Positions 13,344-27,812 of a DNA stretch of 64,000 nt are shown here, one piece after another. The notes below the pieces were generated by a model that was not told the DNA's origin, made no database searches, and saw nothing but the letters and a program-made list of their open reading frames with translations. The stretch is from Octopus vulgaris (Eukaryota), in NCBI GenBank assembly GCA_951406725.2, contig OX597836.1:15376001-15440000 (forward strand), given 5' to 3'. Within the stretch, counting starts at the first letter, position 1. Each line of letters begins with the position of its first letter. The translations under genes and the position numbers were made by a program.

Positions 13344-14249
13344 GTAAGATTTCTAGAATACGTTTTTTTAGATATTTTTTTTTGCCTGTTTTATATCAAT
13401 ATTTGAGAATGTTTTAGACTGGGCCTATGTGATGAAGTTTCAGCCAGTATTTCAGTCTGGGGTTCAGAAAGCCATAATGGGGCCTGTAATTATCTGTTGG
13501 GTTCCACCCATAAAAAATAATGCTCAGTACCTCATCGTTTGACATACGTTTTCCATGCTGGCATCAGTTGGGTGGTTTAACATGGAGCTCACCCGCCAGA
13601 GAGCTGTCCTGACTGCAATTGTCTGTTGTGGCATGGTCTCTATGGCTGGATGCCCTTCCAAATACCAACCACTTTACAGAGTGTGTTGGGTACATTTTAT
13701 ATGCCACTAGCACAGCTGCATTTACACTGCACTGGCACAAGTGTATTTTATGTGGCACCGGCACCTATAAAGGACCTGTATATCATCCTCCTCATCATCA
13801 TTATTTAGCATCCGTTTTCCATACTAGCATGGATTAGATGGTTTGACTGGAACTGGTAAGCCAGGGAGTTGCACCAGGCTCCAGTCTAATTTGGCATGGT
13901 TTCTATGGCTGGATGCCCTTCCTATTGCCAACCACTCCAAGAGTATTGCAGGTGCCTTTTACGTGTCACTGGCACAGGCCACAAATACGATTTCACTTGG
14001 CTTGATGTGTCTTCTGAAGCACAGCAAATTTCCAAAGGTCTTGATCACTTCTCGATGCCCTCATGAGACTCAACATCTGAAGATCACAAGGCAGGCTTTT
14101 TTCAGTTTCCATCAACCAAATCAACTCACAAGACTTTTAGCAACCTGGAGCTATGATAGAAAACTCTTACTTAAGTTCTCTCTGTCTCTCTCTCTCTCTC
14201 TCTATGTGAGTGCTATATATATATTTATATTTTTATGATCGTACTTTAT

Positions 14250-14377
14250 AATCTCTGACGAGGCCTAGGGACATATATGAGTACCTCATTTTCAACTGCC
14301 TACCACCTCAATACACTTGACTAATATAGGCACAATGAGTTGCTATTATCTATAGGCTGAAACAGCTGTAAGTGATT
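14250..14377 (+). ncRNA. Type I hammerhead ribozyme motif with long stem-II loop
   Basis: CTGACGA (14255-61), GGCCTA/TAGGCT stem II, GAAA, C-AGCT-G stem III, GTA cleavage triplet; stem I imperfect. Confidence 0.6.
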
Positions 14378-15214
14378 TTAATAATTTATATTAAAATCAA
14401 AATTGAACCAATCCTATGACTGGCACCCAGCAGATGCCAGGACCCCTGGACTGGTGGTACATAAAAAGCATTATCTGAATCGTGGCCAATGCCAGCACCA
14501 CCTCGACTGGCTTCCGTGCCGGTGGCACATAAAATGCACCAATCCAACCGTGGCCATGGCCATGGCCAGCTCCACCTGGCACCTGTGCGGGTGGCACGTA
14601 AAAAGCACCCACTACACTCACGGAGTGGTTGGCGTTAGGAAGGGCATCCAGCTGTAGAAACATTGCCAGATAAGACTGGAGCCTGGGGCAGCCTTCTGAC
14701 TTCCCAGATCCCCGGTCGAACCGTCCAACCCATGCTAGCATGGAGAACGGACGTTAAACGATGATGATGATGATGATGATGATGATATTCATGCTTTTTA
14801 ATAACTACTTGTATTCTTATCTTATATGCATTGAATAATATACTATATGGACCGTCCAACCCATGCTAGCATGGAAAGCGGACGTTAAACGATGATGATG
14901 ATGATGATGATGATGATATTCATGCTTTTTAATAACTACTTGTATTCTTATCTTATATGCATTGAATAATATACTATATGGACCGTCCAACCCATGCTAG
15001 CATGGAAAGCGGACGTTAAACGATGATGATGATGATGATGTATGTATGTTGTTATGATGGTTTTCATTCTGATGAATAAATAAGTCAACATTTTAATGTC
15101 CTAAAGTTGATGAACCAACTAATGTGTTTCTCCATTTTCTTATTTGCTATATATATATATATATATATAAATATGTTTATAAAAGTGTTTATTTTCTGTT
15201 TTCGATTACTAAAG

Positions 15215-15298
15215 CTCCATCGGTTGCTGATTGCACTTACTGCCCTTTTCACCCTCATTGGAATCATCGCAATATTCGTCCATGTCAATGGTTTCACA
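15215..15298 (+). CDS. FRRS1: FRRS1-like exon (second heme His)
   Basis: aag / gtaagt; LHRLLIALTALFTLIGIIAIFVHVNGFT. Confidence 0.9.
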
Positions 15299-15419
15299 GT
15301 AAGTAAACCTCTACACAATAACTCTACCATGAAGTTAGTAATGTTATAGTAAGGTGTGAAGCTGTTACTATAGATGTGGTATACTATGGCTACTGTTTGT
15401 TTAATGTTTGTTTTTCAAG

Positions 15420-15885
15420 AGGCAATGATGAAGGACCGAGATCTCTGGAGATATGCTGTGACTGCAAAGACCCAGGCTGCTTCCTGCACCAGTTCTGCAT
15501 AGCCCCAGCCCATTCAAAGTACCTTGGATTTCAGAACAACCCGCTGTGCTTGAGGAGACCTATTGAGTCAAGTACATGAACATCGAAATAAAAATCAATG
15601 GAAATAGTAGTTGTGATACCTGTGCCGGTGGCACGTAAAAAGCACCATCTGGACGTGGCCGATACTAGCGCTGCCTTGACTGGCTTCTGTGCCGGTGGCA
15701 CGTAAAAAGCACCCACTACACTCAGTGGTTGGCGTTAGGAAGGGCATCCAGCTGTAGAAACACTGCCAGATCGGACTGGAGCCTGGTGCAGTTCCTGGCT
15801 TCCCAGACCCCGGTCGAACCATCCAACCCATGCTAGCATAGAAAATGGACGTTAAATGATGATGATGATGATGATGATGATGATG
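15420..15885 (+). mobile_element. 5'-truncated RTE-clade LINE: ORF end plus 3'UTR ending in (GAT)n
   Basis: AMMKDRDLWRYAVTAKT C-terminus followed by ggcacgtaaaaagcacc...gttggcgttaggaagggcatcc...catgctagcat. The same tail is dispersed at ~7590-7865, 13790-14090, 14400-14785, 25555-25700, 39280-39560, 50767-50940, 52005-52165, 54740-54950, 56140-56320. Confidence 0.8.
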
Positions 15886-17087
15886 GTTTGTGAGTTATTT
15901 TAACTGTAAAAAGGCCATCTTTACTGAGGTTTGCCATGGAGAAAATTCTCACTTCAGGTAATAAGTGTCATCTTGGGTGCTCTCTGGTAGACCAATAAAT
16001 GTATTTCTAGAGATTTAGCTATTATCAGTACCAAGTGCTACCAAGATAGACACCCCTGAGATGATTTTGGGAGCTATAAGGGAAGGTACTAAAAAGTTCC
16101 TGGCTTTAGATAACAGAAAATACAGGAGGATCAGTTAGTTATGATTTCATTGAACATATTCCCCTCTCAGATTCACACACTTTTTGAAGTGGTCCTTCAG
16201 TTTTTCTAAGCCCTGTAAAAAGACTCATGATATCCTTAAAGCCAGGAACTTTTTCATTACCCCTTCATATAACTTGCATTGGATCAGGAACCTATCTTCC
16301 TATCGCCAATCCTTGACTGTTTTTTCAGACAAGGAATGGTATGCTCCAGAGGTTTTTGAAAGTACAGACCAACCGGTCATATACATATACACATACACAC
16401 AGACAGAGGGACATATACATATACATATACACATATATACATATGTGTATATATGTATATGTATATACATGTACATATACATATGTATATATATGTATAT
16501 GTATATACATATACACACAGACAGAGACTCACACACACATACAAGACACATGAATTTATACACATACATACACACACACAGACACACACACACACACACA
16601 TGACAGGCTTCCACAGTTTTCACATACCAAATGAACTCAAAAGGCATTGGTCAGCCCTAGGGGGTTATAGTAGAAGACACTTGCCCAAGTGAAGGGTGCT
16701 TAGTAAGACTTTGGTTTTTGCTAGATTGACTCTAAGGCCCTTCAAATACTGATTTCAAAAATTTGGCACAAGGCCAGGTATTTTGGAGAAGGGGTAAATT
16801 GATTCCATTGACCCCCCAGTACACAACTGGTACTTACTTTATCAACCACAAGAGGATGAAAGGTAAGTCAACCTCAGCAGAATTTGAACTCAGAACGTGA
16901 AGATGGACGAAATGCGGCTAAGCATTTTGCCCAGCATTGCTAACGATTCTGCCAGCTTGCCACCTTAATAATAATGATAATAATACCACCACTGTTACTA
17001 CAACAATCACCACCACTACTACTACTATTACTATCAAAACTGTTACTCCTGTTACTACTACTACTACTACTACTACAAGGAGAGGAG

Positions 17088-17290
17088 CTTTCTCCGTCCG
17101 GGTTGCGGATCCGTGGAACAAGCTGCCAGACGAGATGGTGAAGATGCCGATGACCGCTTTGTTCAAAGCCTCCCTGGACCTCAAGTGGCCTGAACTCTTT
17201 ACATGAACACCACCCTGTACTTAACTCCATGTCCCCCTACATGGCCTTGCTATTTGCTTTTGAGCCAAATTAACTAACTAACTAACTAAC
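17088..17290 (+). mobile_element. CR1-type LINE 3' end with (TAAC)n tail
   Basis: RRGAFSVRVADPWNKLPDEMVKMP...FKASLD; related copies at 45535-45800(-) and 55504-55740(-). Confidence 0.85.
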
Positions 17291-17381
17291 TACTACTAAT
17301 ACTAATACTATTACTACTAAAAAATATCTCTTCCTATCTCTCTCTCTCTCTCCTTTCACTCTCCTGCTCTCTCTATTACAG

Positions 17382-17459
17382 TTTGACAGCAATGCCCCAG
17401 GACCTTACATGGCCCATCCACTCATTGGCCTACTCATTGTGGTTCTTGTTTTAACAAAT
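17382..17459 (+). CDS. FRRS1: FRRS1-like exon (third heme His)
   Basis: ttacag / gtgagt; FDSNAPGPYMAHPLIGLLIVVLVLTN (HP..G motif). Confidence 0.9.
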
Positions 17460-18029
17460 GTGAGTATAACATTTTTCACCGTTGTTGTGACAATACAACT
17501 AAAGCAATTTGACCTCAAAGGTTTGCTAGATTCTTTGCCTAAATTTGTTTTTTCTGTCGTTATGAATTCCTTGTGATTATGTTATACTTTTGTTATGATG
17601 TTGTTATGAACTTTTATGATTTCATTAGTAAGAATTTCGTTTCATGTGAATTATATCATATAAATATTCTTTTAATTTCTACAATAGACATAAGTCCTGA
17701 TATTTTGAGGAATAGGGCCGGTCATTTACATCCCACCCAGGGCACAGAGCACAACTGATACTTATTTTAAAGAGTAAAAGGGAAAGTTGGCCTCAACAGA
17801 ATTTTGTCTCAGAACATAAAGGGTCACTTTGTTTGACAAAACCCATGGAGATGGTGTGTGTGTGAATGTGTAGAAGAGGATCAGGTGCAGGCATGGCTGT
17901 GTGGTAAGAAGCTTGCTTCTCAAACACATGGTTCTGAGTTCAGTCCCACTGAGTGGCACCTGGTACCATAGCCTTGGGCCAACCAAAGACTTGTGAGTGG
18001 ATATAGTAGACAGAAACTGAAAGAAGCTC

Positions 18030-18062
<33 letters not shown>

Positions 18063-18728
18063 CCACGACTTGACAACCGGTGTTGGTGTGTTTATGTTCT
18101 CATAACTTAGCAGTTCAGCAAAAGAGACTGATAGAATAAGTACTAGGCTTAAAACAATAAAAAAAAGTACTGGGGTCAATTCATTCAACTAAAATTGTTC
18201 GAAGCAGTGCCCCAGCATGGCCACAGTCTAATGACTGAAACAAGTAAAACAATAAATATATATACACACACACATATATTGTTGACACTAGCCTTTGACT
18301 TTTTCTATCCAAAGGATATCTACACACTATTATTTATAGTTTCATCTGCTTTGAAGGTCAGCATCCCCCAAAAAACAAAAGTGAATTGTATGACCCAGGG
18401 CTATAGAAGAAGACACAAACCCAATGTCCTCCACTATATGGTCTTTTAGTTATGACCTTTGCTTGTGGTCTTTTGGTTATGACCTCCTACATATGATCCC
18501 TTGTGACAATATCACCAAGGCATGATATGTAAGATTTTTAAAAGTCATTCCATAATCAATATTTTTTTTTTGTATTATTGTGATTTTACTAATTCTTCTG
18601 GCAACCACATTTTGAGTATCACTTTAAAATAATGACCTTTCGTTTACAATAACTCTGATTTTTGGTTTTAAATAAAATGAAATAAAGTAGTATATATATA
18701 TATATAATCTTGAAATTTATCATTACAG

Positions 18729-18828
18729 ATTTTCTTGGGTCTACTTCGACCTGATCTTAAAAGTAGAGATCGACCGTTCTTCAACATAGTTCATCGGAGT
18801 GTTGGAATGACATGTCAAATATTGTCAA
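18729..18828 (+). CDS. FRRS1: FRRS1-like exon (fourth heme His)
   Basis: ttacag / gtgagt; IFLGLLRPDLKSRDRPFFNIVHRSVGMTCQILS (RP.....R..FN..H...G motif). Confidence 0.92.
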
Positions 18829-19229
18829 GTGAGTTTCTTTTAAATGGACAACTGATTGGCATTGCTACATGTGTATGTTATGTCTTTACATATATGAGCT
18901 CGAATCCTGGACCGGGCTGCGTGTTGTGCTCTTGAGCAAGGCACTTTATTTCACGTTGCTCCAGTTCACTCAGCTGTAGAAATGAGTTGCAACGTCACTG
19001 GTGCCAAGCTGTATCGACCTTTGTCTTTCCATTGGATAACACTGGTGGCGTGGAGAGGGGAGGCCGGTATGCATGGGCGACTGCTGGTCTTCCATAAACA
19101 ACCTTGCCCGGACTTGTGTCTAGGAGGGTAACTTTCTAGGTGCAATCCCATGGTCATTCATGACCGAAGGGGGTCTTTACCCTTTATGCATGATTACATT
19201 AAAAATTCATACATAAATACGCACATATA

Positions 19230-19448
19230 GATGGGAGTGCTGAAACGTTCCCTAGCTTTGGGTAAAAGAAAATTCAGGAGGATCAGTTAATTATGATTTC
19301 ATTCAACACATTCCCCTCTCAGATTCACACACTTATAGCAGTGGTCCTTCAGTTTTTCTTAAGCGCTGTAAAGGAACTCGAAAGGTTGGGCCTCCAACCA
19401 GACCTTTCATGGTACCCTTAAAGCCTGGAACTTCACAGCACCCCCTCA
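19230..19448. mobile_element. mariner-derived MITE
   Basis: TIRs g(g)gtgctgaaaagttcctggcttt ... aaagccaggaactttt(c)agcaccccc; other copies at 11672-12535 (split by SINE trimer) and 16079-16265. Confidence 0.75.
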
Positions 19449-20336
19449 TATATACATGAAGTGGAGGCACGTGGCTTAGTGGTTAGGGTGTTGAACTCAT
19501 GATCATAAGGTTGTGGTTTCGATTCCTGGACTGGGCGATGCATTATGTTCTTGAGCGAAACACTTCATTTCACCTTGCTCCAGTCCACTCAGCTAGCAAA
19601 AATGAGTAATTCTATGACGGACTGGCGTCCCATCCAAGTGAGGAATTTCTAAGTCACTGAAACCGGGAAACCGGCCCTTATGAGCCTGGCATGGCTCGAC
19701 AAGGAACATTTATCTTAAATTAATATATACATGAACATAAGGTGTTACAATCCAAGCTATGTCCACATAAAGCACATCTGCATGTTGACATTAATCTAAT
19801 TATGTATGTACAGGGTGTCCCAAAAGTCATTGATGGGTTTCAATTTTGAATAATTTCCTTAACTTTACAAATAAATGCATGACATTTTGATACAAAATGT
19901 AGTGGGAGAAGTCCGAAACATGGTCCCTTGCTATTCATAAGACCTGCAGAAGAGAAAGCAGTCCAACCCTCGACACTGAGAGCATCGACGGATGGATGAA
20001 TGTGCATCCAGGCTCAGCGGTTGCATAGGAAGTCGGGGACAAGAAACAGGAAGAAAGAGTAAGAGAAAGTTGGAGCGAAAGAGTACAATAGGGGTCGCCA
20101 CCACCCCCTGCCGGAGCCTCATGGAGCTTTAGGTGTTTTCGCTCAATAAACACACTTAACACCCGGTCTGGGAATCGAAACCGCGATCCTCCGACTGCGA
20201 GTCTGCTGCCCTAACCATTGGGCCATAATGGAAATTAATATGCACAAGTCAAATTTTGCAACACCACTACATCCCATATGAAAAATGGCATTGCTTAAAT
20301 GGCAGCCATTTTCAGCTTCACACACACGTGCTCTTT

Positions 20337-20372
<36 letters not shown>

Positions 20373-20685
20373 ACACACACACATACACACACACACACAC
20401 ACATACACACACACACATACACACACACACATACACACACACACACATACACACACACACAATAGGCATATTCCAGTCTTTCAGTTTCTACCTACCAAGT
20501 CCATGCTCAAGCCTTTGGTTAACGCTGGGCTGGTAGAAGACTTTTTTTCCCAAGGTGGTACACACTGGGGAATTGAACCTGGAACCATGTAGTTGGGAAG
20601 CAAGCTTTTCACCACACAACCATCCCTGCACCTTAATTACTTATTTATTTATTTATTTATTTATTTATTCATTTATTTATTTCAG

Positions 20686-20808
20686 TTGCCTCCATCTGCA
20701 CCGGTGCCTATATACTGAATAGTTATACAGACCTCATCTACGGGCTTATGATCTTTTATGTGGTATACATGGTTTTATTAAACATAATGCTATTCATCAT
20801 TGACAAGT
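20686..20808 (+). CDS. FRRS1: FRRS1-like exon (TM helices)
   Basis: tttcag / gtaagt; IASICTGAYILNSYTDLIYGLMIFYVVYMVLLNIMLFIIDK; phase 1-1. Confidence 0.85.
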
Positions 20809-20843
20809 GTAAGTAATTTACATGTTGCTGTTGTTGTTGTTGT

Positions 20844-20902
<59 letters not shown>

Positions 20903-21773
20903 TTGTTGTTGTTGTTGTTGTTTAATCCCAAGGTAGATCTACTGAAGCAGCAGGCCTATGAACAAAAGGTTATCTTTTGTGTCTGATTCACAGAACTTGG
21001 TCATAGTGAGAATTTCCACACAGATGAAGTTTTTGTCTGCTAGTTATGAAAATTAAAGTTTTTGAATAAAATATAATAATAATGGAAAATTATTAACTTT
21101 TAAAGATTAGACAGTTTAACAATTTTCTTGTTCTGTAGCAGTGGACTCTTCATCTGAGATGTCACATGCTGTGACACCTTCTCCAATGACAACTTGGTGT
21201 GTTCAGCTACCAACCCAAGTGCCACTGCTCATCAGGCTGTGAAAAGCAAACTGTGGGGATTGCTGTCCATAAGTGCAAACTTCAGGAGTCAGAGTGGCTG
21301 GTTCACTGCATCTCCCTCACCATCCTCTGAGACAGCAGCTTTTCCATTTTGTCTGCTGAAGCCATGAGAGGAGAGAAGAGAAGAGGGAGAAGGGGAAGGA
21401 AGAAGACATGGGGAGAAAAGGAGGAAAGGAGGAAGAAAAAGGAGGAAGAAAAAGGAGGAGGAAGAGGAGGAAGTGAAAGAAAGGAGGAAGAGGAAAAGAA
21501 GCAAGAAAGGAGGAGGTAGTGGATGAGGAAGAGGGAAGGAGAAAGAGGATTAGTAGCAATAGTAATAGTTGTTGTTGTAGCAGTAGAAATAATAGTGGTA
21601 TTGGTAATAGTAGAGGGGGTAGCAGTGTGGTCATAGGAGTGGTTGTAGTGGTGATGCTGTGGTAGTTATCTCAACTTGATCAATAAAGTTTTTTTTCCTT
21701 TTGTTTATAAGTTTTCTTGCTCCATTTTCAATTCTTTTTTTTTAATTTTTTCTCTTTTAAATTCTCCCCACAG

Positions 21774-21820
21774 ATTATTTAAACAGTAATCGCAAATGCA
21801 GAGATAACTGCATCGACAAG
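21774..21820 (+). CDS. FRRS1: FRRS1-like short loop exon
   Basis: long pyrimidine tract + cag / gtcagt; YYLNSNRKCRDNCIDK; needed to restore phase 1->0. Confidence 0.8.
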
Positions 21821-22256
21821 GTCAGTTACATTAATGAGCCAAATATTTTTCATCACCTCTTCCATAATTTGATTGTTGATTTTGTTGTTTTTGTTTTTCT
21901 TGTGTGTTGTATAAGTTCAAGTCAGCTCTGATCCAGCTGACTTACAGCATGTACACTGCCAGTCTAAAGAATAGGTATTACCTACATACTCATTCCTTCA
22001 GAAACAGGACTACTTCAGCTGTAACAATTCAATTGGTTCCAAATGTTCGATTATTAAGTGAGAAGTGAATTTAGCTAAAAATAATTTTATAGATGGTGGT
22101 TACATTCTCAACTGTAACTACTTTTATGGATATTCTGAAATTGTTAAATATATAGCCGTAACTGCACATATACATTAAATAAGTCCCATTATTATCTTTT
22201 TTTTAATTTAATTTTTATGCTGTTTATTTTCATATTTTTCTTCTTTCTTTTTACAG

Positions 22257-22352
22257 TTGCGGATATTCAAAAATCTTTTGCTTCCAATACATAGCGTCAT
22301 CCAATTGGTTCTTGCTGTGTTCGTGGCATCGTATGCAGTGGCAGGAGACTAA
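22257..22352 (+). CDS. FRRS1: FRRS1-like terminal coding exon (last TM helix, TAA stop)
   Basis: ttttacag acceptor; LRIFKNLLLPIHSVIQLVLAVFVASYAVAGD*; matches the FK..L.I terminal helix of FRRS1. Confidence 0.85.
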   Translation: MRIFKNLLLPIHSVIQLVLAVFVASYAVAGD

Positions 22353-22673
22353 GACGGGTGGAAGGTTAAATCTAAGGAACTACAAGTGGATGCAAGCGCA
22401 CAAATACACAAACACATGCACACATATACACACTCATTCACATTTGCACATAAGCATCCATTCACACACACACACACACACAAAATCATACATACATACA
22501 TACACACATACATGCAGGTGTGACTATGTGGTAAAAAGGTATGGCTACATGGTAAAAAGCTTGCTTCTTAACCACATGGTTCCAGGTTCAGTTCCACTGC
22601 ATGGCACCCTGGACAAGTGTCTTCTACTATAGCCTCGAGCTGAGTGAATTTGATAGAAACTGAAAGAAGCTCA

Positions 22674-22704
<31 letters not shown>

Positions 22705-22957
22705 AATATGTATATATATACATACATGTGTGTGTGTCTTTGTGGCTATGTTTGTCTCCCTGTTAACACTTGACAACTGGTGTTGGTGTATTTATGTCCC
22801 TGTAACCTAGTAGTCTGGCAAAAGAGACTGATAGAATAAGTACTAGGCTTTAAAAATAAAATAAGTCCAGGGGTCAATTTGTTCAACTGAAACCCTTCAA
22901 GGTGGTGCTCCAGCATGTCTGCAATCAAATGACTGAAACTAGTAAAAAATAAAAGAA

Positions 22958-22991
<34 letters not shown>

Positions 22992-23046
22992 TGTGTGTGT
23001 GTGTGTGTGTGCAGGTAAGCATGCATGTGTGTATACTTATGTATAT

Positions 23047-23420
23047 ATAGGGTGTTTGGTCTAAATTTGACAGTGTGCTTAAAAAGAAAAGAAAACTTAA
23101 TATACCATCCAAAAATAAAATTATTTGAAAAAAATCAAAATATGAACTAGATTATGACCAGGAGATAACTGTTTACTCAAAGCAGCTGCCCTCAGCTTCC
23201 ACCACTGCCTCAAGATGGTCCCAAAGCCTGGCACATGCATTCCTTACTGAGTCCTTCAGAGGATCTTCAAATACCTCCTTGATCTTGGCCACCAGGTTGG
23301 CCTTGGTGTTGCATGTAGAACATTTGGTGACTTTCTCAACTATACCCTCACACATAGAGTAATCAATGGGATTACAATTAAGGAAATTAAGAGGCCAGAA
23401 AATACTTGCCCAATGTATCA
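23047..23420 (-). mobile_element. Tc1/mariner-superfamily transposase C-terminal fossil with right TIR
   Basis: FWP.N...CNP.DY...NTKANLVAKIKEVF...NACARL..HLEAVVEAEG..FE*; TA-bounded end tagggtgtttggtc. Confidence 0.8.
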
Positions 23421-23879
23421 CACATTGGGACTGAGCCTTAAACAATTTGGTTACAAAGATAGCTTCTTTTACCACACAACTTCATCTTTGCTTATTATAT
23501 ACATTTATACCAGTAATTAATGGTGCATTTAGTTATGTTATTAAATGTTCAAGAGACAGCCTGGAAAAGCTAGGATTTGAAAGGCAGAGAAAGAGATGAG
23601 CTAGAAATCACTTTATAGATAAAATATGTAATTGGAACAGTATAATTATACAAGACTTTTCTAAAGTTTAGCATGTATCAGTTACTGTTGTTATTAAGCA
23701 AAATCTACACATGAAGCTTTCGTTTTTCTGTTAGAGGCCAGTACTTTGTTTAAAAGAACTTGGATAATTCAAAATAGAAAAGATCGTACACACATATATC
23801 TATACATGCTTACAAGGATATACACATAAACATAGATACACGCAGAAAAATAGATACACACACAAACATGTAAGTAAGT

Positions 23880-25030
<1,151 letters not shown>

Positions 25031-26469
25031 TATGAGTGTGTATGCATCTTTGATTCGATCTGACTTGTTTTTCTCATTTGGTTTGGTTGTTTGTAATTTG
25101 ATTCTTGCAGATGTAACTGCAAGCATAAAATGAGAAAGATTAGATTCTATAACCTCGTGCATAAATGCTTCTGGGACTTGCTCTCTGTGCATCGCAGAAA
25201 AATACAACATATTCACACAAAATGTATTAAACAAATGGAATGAAACCATGTTCTACTACAAGCACCAGATTTAATTCATCTTCAAGAAATGATCTGAACC
25301 TCCAAAGCACCCATAAAGCACCACATAAATAGCACCAATACTAGCACCCTGTAAATAACATCTGTGCTTGCTGTGGCACCACATAAAAGCAGCTATGCTG
25401 CCATGCTGGTGCCACATAAAAGGCACCCAGTGTGCTCTGTAAAGTCGGTGGCATTAGGAAGAGCATCCAGCCATAGAAACCATGCCAAAACAGACGACTG
25501 GAGCCTGATGCAGCCCTTCAGCTTTCCAGCTTCTTATTTCTTTACTACCCATCATCATCATCATCATTTAGCGTCCGTTTTCCATGCTAGCATGGGTTGG
25601 ACGGTTCAACTGGGGTCTGGGAAGCCAGGAGGCTGCACCAGGCTCCAGTCTGGTCTGGCAATGTTTCTACGGCTGGATGCCCTTCCTAACGCCAACCACA
25701 GGGGCTAAACATAGAGGGGATAAACAAGGACAGACAAAGGGATTAAGTCGATTACATCGACCCCAGTGCATAACTGGTACTTAATTTTTCGATTTATCGG
25801 TCCTGAAAGGATGAAAGGCAAAGTCAACCTTGGCAGAATTTGAACTCAGAACATAACAGCAGATGGAATACCGCTAAGCATTTTGCCCGGCGTGTTAACA
25901 TTTCTGCCAGCTCGCCGCTTCTGTCAAACTGTCGAACCCATGCCAGTATGGAAAATGGATGTTAAATGATGATGATGTTGATGATGATGATGATGACTTT
26001 CATGCACAAAATACATAAATAAATAAGGACAAAAACCATTGACATTCACCAGAGTTAAATCGCGGATTGAAATATTGGGTATTTTAAGATTAAGAAAGCA
26101 ACTCTTAAAAGATTAAATCCTTCTATCAACAGCGTAGAAGTGTTGTTCAACATTAATTGGCTAATATAACATTACCTGTCCAAGCATGTTACCTGTCTCT
26201 ATGTTTTGGGGCAGATTAGAGCTAAGCTCTTTCACTTCCTTTTTCTCAGTTGATAAAATCATATTTAAAGATGAAATATTGAAATTTAAAATAAAAAATT
26301 GTATGTCTTTGCATTCTTCTGACCATCTCCACCCCCATTGCCCATGGAAAGGCGATGGAGTGAGAGGAAGAAAGACAGGAACTCACCACCAAAGAATAAT
26401 GCACTCAACAGAAGGAAAAACCAATTGCGCCAGCAGAGAGCTCCTTCAAATACAGTCGCTGTATGCATG

Positions 26470-26673
26470 GTCGAGCTCTACAGATCATCCAGTACGTGGC
26501 TCATCTTCTAAGCTGTAGTTTCCGGCTTGGAATTTCTGGAACCACCGTTGACACTAGCTTATGCTTATTGTCCGATCCCCATATACTGCATTAATATTCC
26601 ACGCACTTTCCATTGCGTTGTTGCCTTTATTGAACTCATAGGGCAAAATATACCGAATATGTTCCGTTGTCAT
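26470..26673 (-). pseudogene. mariner (Mos1/SETMAR-like) transposase N-terminal HTH fossil
   Basis: MTTEHIRYILPYEFNKGNNAMESAWNINAVYGDRTISIS*CQRWFQKFQAGNYSLEDEPRTG*SVELD; two stops. Confidence 0.88.
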
Positions 26674-26849
26674 TTCCGTTATAGCTTTGAAAAAATAACT
26701 GTTAAAATCGAATTGCACTTTTCAAAACTTGCTCTAAGAGTAAATACAAGGTAAAATTACTACCTGCATTTATGGCAAATTGATGAAGGTAATTTATCCT
26801 ATCCCTCTCCGACTTTTAGTTCATGCAATTGAAAGAACCATAAAAAAAC

Positions 26850-27207
26850 TATGTTAACATCAGGTCTAGAAGATTCCCACCCAAGATCAAAGAACTCGAA
26901 GCTTTCGAAGCAGACCCCCTGGGCATTATACCAAACTTAGTTCCGTAAGTCCTCATCCACCTTTCACCGTAGACTTAGATCCGATATGCACCTCCTTAAG
27001 AATTCAGATAGAACCCTAATATTATCAGGTAAGACAAATAGCCTTTATAAGACAGATAATGATCACTACAACCGGCTCTTGGAGAATAACATCACGCAAA
27101 AATATAGATGGGCCGCACCACATACCTATGATAACATCAATAATGAGGCAAAACGAATAGCCACCAACCTGGACATTGCCGACAGGGTAGAAATACTAGC
27201 TAAACGA
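26850..27207 (+). mobile_element. Penelope-like element, pre-RT N-terminal fragment
   Basis: KELEAFEAD...KTNSLYKTD..HYNRLLENNITQKY...INNEAKRIATNLDIADRVEILAKR. Confidence 0.7.
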
Positions 27208-27291
27208 AGAACAAACACAAAAAAAAACAAGAACGCGAGGACATGGTACATGTAAAGTATTAGCAGATGTTTAGGGAAGGAAAGAAAGGTG

Positions 27292-27326
27292 GTTTAACGT
27301 TTCGAGCAAAGCTCTTCTTCAGAAAT
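27292..27326 (-). ncRNA. Minimal type I hammerhead motif (Penelope pLTR type)
   Basis: minus: ttt-CTGAAGA-A-GAGC ttt GCTC-GAAA-CGTT-aaa. Confidence 0.65.
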
Positions 27327-27561
27327 AGAGGAAAGTCCAATAGAAAAGGAAGATGGAGGGGAAAAAATCGCCAGGAGTGGCTATGTGGAAAGTAACTTGC
27401 TTACAAACCACATGGTTTCAGGTTCATTCCCACTACGTGGTACCTTGGACAAGGGTCTTCTGCTATAGCCTCGGGTCAACCAAAGCCTTGTGAGTTAATT
27501 TGGTAGACGGAAACTGAAAGAAGCCCGCCGTGTATATATAAATATATATGTATGTATGTAG

Positions 27562-27608
<47 letters not shown>

Positions 27609-27775
27609 TTGTGTATGTGTGTTTGTCCCCCCACCATCGCTTGACAACCGATGTTGGCGTGTTTACGTCCCCGTAACTTAGCGGTTCGGCAAAAGACACC
27701 GATAGAATAAGTCGACTTGTTCGACTAAAGGCGGCGCTCCAGCATGGCCGCAGTCAAATGACTGAAACAAATAAA

Positions 27776-27812
<37 letters not shown>

